Shown here piece after piece: positions 8,537-15,689 of a DNA stretch of 53,893 nucleotides; within the stretch, counting starts at the first letter, position 1; each line of letters opens with the position of its first letter. The notes under the pieces were generated by a model. The model saw only the letters and a program-made list of their open reading frames with translations, made no database searches and was not told where the DNA came from. A program made the position numbers and the translations under genes. This stretch comes from an uncultured Gemmatimonadaceae bacterium (GTDB lineage Bacteria; Gemmatimonadota; Gemmatimonadetes; Gemmatimonadales; Gemmatimonadaceae), in contig CAZSNV010000001.1 of assembly GCA_964608035.1 (NCBI GenBank), positions 1 through 53,893 of the forward strand, read 5' to 3'.

Positions 8537-8714
8537 AGGCCGGGCTGGGCAGAGATCGTACACCCGAGAGATCACTTGAGGAGCGCGCCGGAACCTTTTT
8601 CAAGCCAACGAACTAAGACTCGGACAGGTCCAAGCCGGCAGATCCGTAAGCTGCCGGCTCAACTATTGCCCTGATTTCACGTAGTCTGACGTAGTAGTCA
8701 CCCGCAGGACACCT

Positions 8715-10133
8715 GTGTTCGCCACACTCACTGCGCTCGCCATCGCTTTTGCCCCGTCGGACGGCTTGCCCGCCCGGCCCGCGGCGTCGGTGGGAATGTC
8801 GGCGGATCGCCTCGAGATCATCGATCGCATCGTGAGGCGCGGTATCACAGCCGGCGGATATCCAGGTGCTTCGGTCATCGTCGGTCGCCGCGGCTATTCC
8901 GTTTTCGAGAAGGGATACGGCCGGCTCGGTTGGAGCAGCGGCAGCGCCGCGGTCGTGCCTGACGAGTCGATCTACGATCTGGCGTCGCTGACGAAGGTCG
9001 TTGGGACTGCGACGGCGGCCATGATTCTCTACGACGAAGGACGGCTGGAGCTCGATGCCCCGGTCTCCCGGTATCTCCCGTCCTTTTCGGGAGGCGCAAA
9101 GGACGACGTCACCGTCCGGCACCTCCTGACTCACACCAGCGGCCTTCCCGCCGGTCGCGATCTCCGGCGCCTGGCCAACAGCGCCTGGGAAGCACGCACC
9201 GTCGTGATGTCGACGTCGCTCGCCTGCCGGCCCGGCGCCTGCCAGGTCTACTCGGACCTTGGAGCGGACGTCCTCGGTTTTGCTGTCGAGGCTATCGCGG
9301 GCCAGGGCCTGGACGCCTTCCTCAACGAGCGGGTGTTCACGCCCCTGGGCATGAACGACACGCACTTCCAGCCCGCGCTGTCGGAACGCGACCGTATCGC
9401 GCCCACCGAGGTGTCTTCGCCACGCGGCTACCCGTTACGGGGGGAGGTGCACGACGAGAACGCCTGGGCGTTAGGCGGAGTGGCCGGCCACGCCGGCCTC
9501 TTCTCGACCGCCGCTGATCTCTCGCTCTTCGCGCAGATGATGCTGAACCGGGGCACGTACAACGGCGTCCGGATCGTGAGCGATACGGCCGTCACCCGCT
9601 TCACGCAACGCGTCTCCGGAAAGCGCGCCCTCGGATGGGACACCTCCGATGGCGACGGCACGGCCGGCATCCACATGGGCGAACGCGCCTATGGCCACAC
9701 CGGATTCACCGGCACCTCGCTCTGGATCGATCCCGATCGCGACCTGTTCGTGATCCTGCTGACGAATCGCGTGCATGCGCCGAGGGCGCGTCGCCCGGCG
9801 AAGGTGATCGCGGACGTCCGCGCCGACCTGGCCGACGCCGCGGTGTTGTCCGTGGTGGATGACAACATCCTCAAAATGCCGTCCTCTTTCCGGGCCGACA
9901 AAGCGGTCGGCTGGAACCGCAGCACCCGCCGCCGTTCAGGCTCGGCGCGCCGCCGGCCGGTCGCGACAAAGACCGTGACGAAGAAGCCGACGACCAAGAA
10001 GGCGTCGAGCACGAAAGTATCGACCGCGAAGGCGTCGAGCACGAAGGTGATGGCGTCGAAGAAGCCAGCGGCGAAACCCGCACCCAAGTCGACGTCGACG
10101 AAGGCCGCCTCGGCGAAGTCGAGCGCCAAGTAG
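8715..10133 (+). CDS. Serine hydrolase (class C beta-lactamase/PBP-like esterase family) with C-terminal Lys/Ala/Ser/Thr-rich histone-H1-like tail
   Basis: SLTK (SxxK), YSD and HTG motifs. GTG start. The last ~75 aa are KKP/KAS repeats. Confidence 0.85.
   Translation: MFATLTALAIAFAPSDGLPARPAASVGMSADRLEIIDRIVRRGITAGGYPGASVIVGRRGYSVFEKGYGRLGWSSGSAAVVPDESIYDLASLTKVVGTATAAMILYDEGRLELDAPVSRYLPSFSGGAKDDVTVRHLLTHTSGLPAGRDLRRLANSAWEARTVVMSTSLACRPGACQVYSDLGADVLGFAVEAIAGQGLDAFLNERVFTPLGMNDTHFQPALSERDRIAPTEVSSPRGYPLRGEVHDENAWALGGVAGHAGLFSTAADLSLFAQMMLNRGTYNGVRIVSDTAVTRFTQRVSGKRALGWDTSDGDGTAGIHMGERAYGHTGFTGTSLWIDPDRDLFVILLTNRVHAPRARRPAKVIADVRADLADAAVLSVVDDNILKMPSSFRADKAVGWNRSTRRRSGSARRRPVATKTVTKKPTTKKASSTKVSTAKASSTKVMASKKPAAKPAPKSTSTKAASAKSSAK
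9999..10058 (+). repeat. 2 x 30-nt tandem repeat inside the hydrolase tail (KASSTKVSTA / KASSTKVMAS)
   Basis: aaggcgtcgagcacgaaagtatcgaccgcg is followed directly by aaggcgtcgagcacgaaggtgatggcgtcg. Confidence 0.8.
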
Positions 10134-10142
10134 CAACGCCAG

Positions 10143-10341
10143 GCGCGGTTGACCCTTGACGCGGTTGACTGTTTTACGATGTCGGTCGCCGACTCTTTCC
10201 CGCCGTCTCAGTCTTTACCTATAGCGCTGTTTACGCCGCTGAGAACCTGAACAGCGGCATAGGTAAAGACAAATAACTGCGGGAAACGGTCGGCGACCGA
10301 CATCGTAAGACGGTCAACGGCGTAAAACGGTCAACGGCGTC
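10143..10341. repeat. ~200-bp near-perfect long hairpin/palindrome
   Basis: The left arm ...ggttgactgttttacgatgtcggtcgccgac...gtctttacctat... pairs with ...ataggtaaagac...gtcggcgaccgacatcgtaagacggtcaacc.... Confidence 0.85.
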
Positions 10342-10346
10342 GGGTA

Positions 10347-10445
10347 CAGGCTTCGGGCCTCAGCCTTCAGAGAAGTCTGCAGGTTTGAGCCTCCAGGCTG
10401 GCACTTCCCCCTGCCCGGAAGCCTGAAGCCCGAAGCCTGAACCCT
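10347..10445. repeat. Heptamer-built palindrome (gcttcgg|gcctcag|ccttcag ... ctgaagc|ccgaagc|ctgaa)
   Basis: Direct reading; the arms lie at ~10347-10370 and ~10417-10445. Confidence 0.75.
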
Positions 10446-10467
10446 CGAGCCTAGGTAAGTTTCTTCC

Positions 10468-10824
10468 ATGTCCCAGGATCCGTTCGCCCCAGAGAGTAAC
10501 GAAGAGGCCGAGCCTGTTGAGAGCGGGGAACTCAGCGAGGATCAGGTGCGGCTCGCGCTTCGGCGCGTGAAGGACCCGGAAATCGGCCTGAACATCGTCG
10601 ACCTGGGGCTGATCTACACGGTGAGCCTCGACGGGGCCGACGTGAGCGTCGACATGAGCCTGACGTCACCCGGTTGTCCCGCCGGACCACAGATCCTGCA
10701 GGAAGCCGAGGAGCAGGTCCGCGCGCTGCCAGGCGTGGGAGGGGTCAACGTGAACCTCGTGTGGTCGCCGCCCTGGACGCCCGACAGGATAGAACCTCGC
10801 GTCAGGGCGTACTTGGGCTTTTGA
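10468..10824 (+). CDS. DUF59/MIP18-family Fe-S cluster assembly protein (SufT/PaaD-like)
   Basis: VKDPEIGLNIVDLGLIY...LTSPGCP motif. Confidence 0.8.
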   Translation: MSQDPFAPESNEEAEPVESGELSEDQVRLALRRVKDPEIGLNIVDLGLIYTVSLDGADVSVDMSLTSPGCPAGPQILQEAEEQVRALPGVGGVNVNLVWSPPWTPDRIEPRVRAYLGF

Positions 10825-10825
10825 T

Positions 10826-10935
10826 CAACGATCAGCGATCAGCGATCGGTGTGATCGACCAAAAGACTGAAACACGGGGTTCACGGGTTCGCGGCCTTGA
10901 TATCCTTACTCCGTGAACTCTGTGAACTCCGTGTT
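10826..10935. repeat. cgatcag x3 heptamer array plus palindrome cacggggttcacgggttcgcgg / ccgtgaactctgtgaactccgtg, between convergent genes
   Basis: Direct reading of the sequence. Confidence 0.75.
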
Positions 10936-10949
10936 AAAGTGTTTTGCCG

Positions 10950-12554
10950 TTACGGCTGCCCCGTAGCCCGCAGAGTGCCCGAAACCAATCTCACCGGTGG
11001 CGATTCGACTCCCGCCCGATCAACCGCGTTGACCACGACAAAATCCGGCAGGTCTCCGACAGGTCCGGCCGGCAGTATGACGACGGTAGTGCCGGCATCC
11101 ACGACATGGGCGTGCCAGCCATCGCCATAACGAGACCTGACGAGCCACCACCGCGGCGGCTGAGAGGTGGCGGGGCGACCTGCAGCCGCTGAGATGCGCA
11201 GCGTGATGTTCCCGGCCCCGCGTGTTACCGAGACGGTTGGTGCCGCCGGAGGCAGCGCAGCAAGCCACGGCGACGCCGGCACCAGCGCGGGTCGAAGGTA
11301 CGGACCTCTGGCCAGCAGATCGGCGAGCCCGTCGAAGCCCCGCACCAGGGCGGTCATGTTGTAGTGCACATTCCCACCCGCCCCGGGTTGATCGCGGGTG
11401 AGCATGATCTGCTGAAGCATTTCTGACGCCGGCCAGCGCGCGCCGGTATTCGTCACCTTGAAGGTCCCATTCCCCGGCCACAGGTGGCGCCCGCGCCGAT
11501 TCTGCCCAGCCCACCATTCGAGTAACTCGGGATAGCTCTGCTGCGGCGCTCCGATGGCCCAGTACAACTGGGGCGTGAAGTAGTCGAGCCATCCCTCGAC
11601 CAGCCATCGCCGGGAATCGGCGAAGAGCACCTCGTAAGCGTTCAGGCCACGCACCGACGCAGGGAATCCGGGACGCCAGATGCCGAATGGACTGACCCCG
11701 AACTTCACCCACGGCTTGGCGGCCTTGATCCCGCGATAGAGCGATTCAACCAGCAGGTCGACGTTCTGGCGACGCCACGAGTCGCGATCGAGCGTCCCGC
11801 CCGATCGGCGATAACGCGTCCACGATCTGTCATCCGGAAAGGGGATTTCCCGACGCCGGCGATCCAGTTCAGGATACGGGTAGAAGTAGTCGTCGATGTG
11901 CACGCCGTCGATGTCGTACCGCCTGACGACGTCGAGTATGACCTTGGTCGTGTGCGCGCGGACGGTTGGCTCCCCCGGGTCCATCCACAGGTGCGTGCCA
12001 TAGCGCTTCACCACCGTGGGCATGGTGCGGCTCACGTGACTCGAGGAGAGCGGTCCCCGATCGCCGGGATGCTTGGCGCGATACGGGTTGAACCACGCGT
12101 GCAACTCCATGCCGCGCCGATGCGCCTCGGCAACCGCGAACGACAGAGGATCCCATGCCGGCACGGGTGCGCGCCCATTGCGCCCGGTCAGGAAGGCCGA
12201 CCACGGCTCGAGCGACGATCGGTACAGGGCATCGGCGGCCGGGCGCACTTGCAGGATCACCGCGTTCAGCCGGAGGAGCGCGGAATGATCGAGCAGGGCG
12301 ATCAGCTCGGCTTTCTGAGAATCGACGGGGAGTCCTGGTTTCGACGGCCAATCGATGTTGTCGACCGTTGCAATCCAGACGCCCCGGAACTCGCGCGGCA
12401 CCGGCGGCGCATCGGCATCCGCCACAAGCGCGGGCGCGTACACGTCGCGATTCGTGACTCGCAGTTCGATACCCCGAACACCGCTGCCTTGCGCTGCACC
12501 CAGCCTGGCGACGGCAAGCGCGCCAACCGCGATGATGATGGAGCTCGTTCGCAT
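10950..12554 (-). CDS. Glycoside hydrolase-like family 10 (GHL10/DUF187, YngK/YddW-type) protein
   Basis: FRGVWIATVDNIDWPS, LNAVILQVRP..DA.Y.S..EPW, and HAWFNPYR motifs. N-terminal signal peptide. The ATG overlaps the rnd stop (TGATG). Confidence 0.8.
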   Translation of the reverse strand: MRTSSIIIAVGALAVARLGAAQGSGVRGIELRVTNRDVYAPALVADADAPPVPREFRGVWIATVDNIDWPSKPGLPVDSQKAELIALLDHSALLRLNAVILQVRPAADALYRSSLEPWSAFLTGRNGRAPVPAWDPLSFAVAEAHRRGMELHAWFNPYRAKHPGDRGPLSSSHVSRTMPTVVKRYGTHLWMDPGEPTVRAHTTKVILDVVRRYDIDGVHIDDYFYPYPELDRRRREIPFPDDRSWTRYRRSGGTLDRDSWRRQNVDLLVESLYRGIKAAKPWVKFGVSPFGIWRPGFPASVRGLNAYEVLFADSRRWLVEGWLDYFTPQLYWAIGAPQQSYPELLEWWAGQNRRGRHLWPGNGTFKVTNTGARWPASEMLQQIMLTRDQPGAGGNVHYNMTALVRGFDGLADLLARGPYLRPALVPASPWLAALPPAAPTVSVTRGAGNITLRISAAAGRPATSQPPRWWLVRSRYGDGWHAHVVDAGTTVVILPAGPVGDLPDFVVVNAVDRAGVESPPVRLVSGTLRATGQP

Positions 12555-13807
12555 CAGGCGCTGCGGTAGGGCGACTCGTCAGGCGCGCCGGTTCGCAGCG
12601 CCTGAATGAACTCCTCGCCGAGCACCTCGGCTTGCCAGCGCCGGACGTCGGGAACTTTCATCAGTTCATCGAGTGAATGCGGGTTGCGGCGGGCGATCGC
12701 TTCGAGCCGCTCTCGCGGACACAGCACACCCGGATCGAGCTCCAGTTCCGCGGCGCGACGATCACGCACCGCCTTGAGCGCGGTGACTCGATCCTCGAAA
12801 TCCGGATCCCGCGCCCAGCGCATCCCCCGCGGGAACTTCGGCAGGTCCGCTTCGGCGACCTGCTGGCCGCGGGCGACGGCGTCGAGGATGGCCTTCGCGT
12901 GCTTCGCCACGACGCTTCGCGACAAGCCCTTCCTGGATTCCACGGCGGCCGTGCTCGTCGGTGCTTCGCGCGACATGGCGAGCAGCACTTCGTTTCCCGC
13001 GACCCGGAAGGTGCTTCGATCGAGTTCCTTAGCCACGCCATCGCGCCAGGCGACGAGTTCGCGCAGGATCGCCAGTTCCCGCCTGGTGATGTCGCGGGCT
13101 CCCTTGATGCGGAGGAAACTCGTATCCTCGCCGGCTTCTTCCCACCGCGTGCCCTCGAGCCGCTCGAACTCCTCCCGGGCCCAGTGGAGTCGTCCTTTCT
13201 TGTCGAGCGCGTCATGCAGCCGCTGCCGCAGCTGGAGCAGGTGCAAGGTGTCCTGGGCGGCGTATTCGAGCATGTCGACAGGCAGCGGACGCATGGACCA
13301 GTCCGCGCGCTGGTGCTTCTTGTCCAGGCGGACGCCGAAGAATCCTTCGAGCAGTGCGGCGAGGCCGAACGCTTTCATCCCGAGAAGCTGCGCCGCGACT
13401 CGCGTGTCGAAGATGTTGGTGACGCGCCAACCATAGTCCTGGTGCAGCAGGCGGAGGTCGTAGTCGGCGTCGTGAAAGACGACCTCGACGTCGCGCGACT
13501 CGAGGAGGGTGCCGAGTCCGGCGGGCGCGACCTTCAGCGGATCGATGATCGCGTGTTGATGATCCGTCGAGAGCTGCAGCAGGTAGACGCGATCGACGTA
13601 CCGGTGGAAGCTCGCGCCCTCGGTGTCGAGCGCGAGGGCACGCGTCCCCGCAATCGAGGCCAGGAAGCGGTCCGCAGCCTCGGTGGAATCGATGTATTGC
13701 GGTCCGTTGGACCCCGGGGATCCTGACACGGAGCAGTATTGAGTAACGGGTAGGCGCTGACTCGCGACGGACGAGGAATCTAGCAGGGTACCGGCTGGGG
13801 AGCGCAT
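12554..13807 (-). CDS. rnd: Ribonuclease D (3'-5' exonuclease + HRDC domains)
   Basis: DTEG...Y..RVYLLQLS, HDADYDLRLL, YAAQDT exonuclease motifs. Two HRDC-like segments (REL..WRD..A.E.D). Confidence 0.85.
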   Translation of the reverse strand: MRSPAGTLLDSSSVASQRLPVTQYCSVSGSPGSNGPQYIDSTEAADRFLASIAGTRALALDTEGASFHRYVDRVYLLQLSTDHQHAIIDPLKVAPAGLGTLLESRDVEVVFHDADYDLRLLHQDYGWRVTNIFDTRVAAQLLGMKAFGLAALLEGFFGVRLDKKHQRADWSMRPLPVDMLEYAAQDTLHLLQLRQRLHDALDKKGRLHWAREEFERLEGTRWEEAGEDTSFLRIKGARDITRRELAILRELVAWRDGVAKELDRSTFRVAGNEVLLAMSREAPTSTAAVESRKGLSRSVVAKHAKAILDAVARGQQVAEADLPKFPRGMRWARDPDFEDRVTALKAVRDRRAAELELDPGVLCPRERLEAIARRNPHSLDELMKVPDVRRWQAEVLGEEFIQALRTGAPDESPYRSA

Positions 13808-13836
13808 GTTTGCGGAAACGACAGCCAGCTTGGTTG

Positions 13837-13936
13837 TTGATGCTGTTTGTTAGGGGTGGAAGGGTGAGAGGGTGGAAGGGTGACCTTGTCACCCTCTCAC
13901 CCTCCCACCCTCCCACCCCTGGCAAACAGCATTAAG
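13837..13936. repeat. ~100-bp palindrome (ggtggaa/gggtgag words) centred at ~13886, between divergent rnd and hydrolase genes
   Basis: gttgatgctgtttgttaggggtggaagggtgagagggtggaagggtgac-cttg-tcaccctctcaccctcccaccctcccacccctggcaaacagcattaa. Confidence 0.85.
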
Positions 13937-13984
13937 AACTCAGCGTCAGTTCGTCTGTTAGGCAGCTCCGTCAACCGAGATAAC

Positions 13985-14779
13985 ATGATTGCCCTGCTTG
14001 AGAACATCGAGCTCGCGTACGACGAGGGCGGGACGGGTATCCCCGTCCTGTTCGTTCACGGCTTCCCGCACGATCGGTCCCTGTGGGCTCCGCAGCTCCA
14101 GGCTTTGACCGTTCAGGCCCGGTGTCTGGCCGTGGACCTGCGCGGTTTCGGCGAGACGATCGCGGCGCCTCCGTACTCCATGGATCAGTACGCGGACGAC
14201 CTGGTGGGGCTCCTCGACGTGCTGCGCGTGGATCGGGCTGTCATCGCCGGACTGTCGATGGGCGGCTACGCGGCCTTCGCCCTCTGGAGACGGCATCCGG
14301 ATCGTGTGCGAGGCCTGGTGTTATCCAACACCAAGGCGACCGCCGACAGTGACGAAGCGCGTGAGAAACGCCGGGCGCTCATGACCGTGGCCCGCGACCA
14401 GGGCAGCTCCGCCATCGCCGATTCCATGCTGCCCGGCATGCTCGGCAAGACGACCCGGAGCAACAGACCGGACATCACCAACACCGTTCATCGCATGATC
14501 TCGTCGCAGCCGGTGGAAGGAGTGATTGGCGCGCTGCAGGCGATGATGGACCGGCCCGACTCGACACCGACGCTATCCACCATCGACGTCCCGACACTCG
14601 TCGTGACGGGAGACGAAGACACGATCATTCCGGTCGCGGAGGCGAGATTGATGCACGACGCGATTCGTGGCAGCTCGCTCGAAGTGATCACCGGCGCGGG
14701 ACATCTGTCCAACCTCGAGCGACCGGCTGCGTTCAACCATGTCGTCTCGGAGTTTCTGGCGAGACTCGCCCTTCAGTAA
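13985..14779 (+). CDS. Alpha/beta hydrolase (3-oxoadipate enol-lactonase-like)
   Basis: HGFP...W, and the nucleophile elbow GLSMGG. The start is moved to ATG 13985 because the upstream part of the tracked ORF is just the right arm of a palindrome. Confidence 0.85.
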   Translation: MIALLENIELAYDEGGTGIPVLFVHGFPHDRSLWAPQLQALTVQARCLAVDLRGFGETIAAPPYSMDQYADDLVGLLDVLRVDRAVIAGLSMGGYAAFALWRRHPDRVRGLVLSNTKATADSDEAREKRRALMTVARDQGSSAIADSMLPGMLGKTTRSNRPDITNTVHRMISSQPVEGVIGALQAMMDRPDSTPTLSTIDVPTLVVTGDEDTIIPVAEARLMHDAIRGSSLEVITGAGHLSNLERPAAFNHVVSEFLARLALQ

Positions 14780-14819
14780 GACAGAGCGCTGCTTCAGACC
14801 GTCACGTACTCAGCTGTTT

Positions 14820-15083
14820 TTACTTGGTCGGTCGCCCAGGCGGATTATCGCCCTTGAAAACTTCCCGATTCGATTCGATGTACTGCTTGAGATTCCCCGG
14901 CACGTCCTCTTCGGGGAAGATCGCGGTCACCGGGCATTCGGGTTCACAGGCGCCGCAGTCGATGCACTCATCCGGGTGGATGAACAGCATGTCTGGGCCC
15001 TCATAGATGCAGTCGACTGGGCACACGTCGACGCACGACTTGTCCTTGACGCCGATGCAGGCTTCGGTGATGACGTACGGCAT
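14820..15083 (-). CDS. fdxA: 7Fe (3Fe-4S + 4Fe-4S) ferredoxin, FdxA type
   Basis: [29 protein letters not shown]...[14 protein letters not shown]. Confidence 0.85.
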   Translation of the reverse strand: MPYVITEACIGVKDKSCVDVCPVDCIYEGPDMLFIHPDECIDCGACEPECPVTAIFPEEDVPGNLKQYIESNREVFKGDNPPGRPTK

Positions 15084-15218
15084 GGTGACCGGGTGGTGGG
15101 TCCTTTGTGCGGAGTTGAATAATAGGGCCCCCGCAGGGCGCAATGAAGCCGCACCCGGTGCGTTGGCGGGCACAACTCACGCACTGGACATCACCGGACG
15201 CGCCTCCTATCTCACGAC

Positions 15219-15689
15219 ATGCGACTGGTCGTCAACGGAAAGGAACGTGAGGTGTCGCCGGGTCCGGTGGAATCGCTCGCTGAGACAATCCGCGGGCGAC
15301 TGCACCTCACCGGCACCAAGGTCTCGTGCGGCCGCGGCGAATGCGGCTCCTGCACCGTGCTGCTCGACGGTCGCGCCGTCTATTCCTGCCTGACGATCAC
15401 AAATGCGTGTGATGGCGCCGCTGTCACGACGATCGAGGGCCTGGCGTCGCCGGGCGAGTTGCACCCCGTACAGCGCGCCTTCATCGATCACGACGCGGTG
15501 CAGTGCGGATTCTGCACTCCGGGCCAGGTCATGGCCGCCGTGGCGCTGCTCGCCGCGAACGCAGCGCCAGACGAGTCCGAGATAAAACATGCCATGAGCG
15601 GCAATCTGTGTCGCTGCGGAACCTATCCGCGCATCGTGGCGGCGATCCGCGCCGCGGCCCCGCAAATGGAACCTCGCCATGCCGGCTGA
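15219..15689 (+). CDS. (2Fe-2S)-binding small subunit of xanthine dehydrogenase/aldehyde oxidoreductase family
   Basis: CGRGECGSCTV and CGFCTPG...CRCGTY motifs. Overlaps the next gene by 11 nt. Confidence 0.9.
   Translation: MRLVVNGKEREVSPGPVESLAETIRGRLHLTGTKVSCGRGECGSCTVLLDGRAVYSCLTITNACDGAAVTTIEGLASPGELHPVQRAFIDHDAVQCGFCTPGQVMAAVALLAANAAPDESEIKHAMSGNLCRCGTYPRIVAAIRAAAPQMEPRHAG

Noticed and set aside
8620-8660. gacaggtcc…gccggcag…ctgccggc segment vaguely reminiscent of SRP (4.5S) RNA domain IV
   Set aside because: The conserved GGAA/AGCA loop motifs and the flanking helix are not present. The similarity is limited to a few nucleotides.
13880-13984. Upstream extension of the alpha/beta hydrolase ORF (MTLSPSHPPTLPPLANS…)
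   Set aside because: The sequence is simply the C-rich arm of the 13837-13936 palindrome translated. The homology to hydrolases starts at MIALLENIELAY (ATG 13985).
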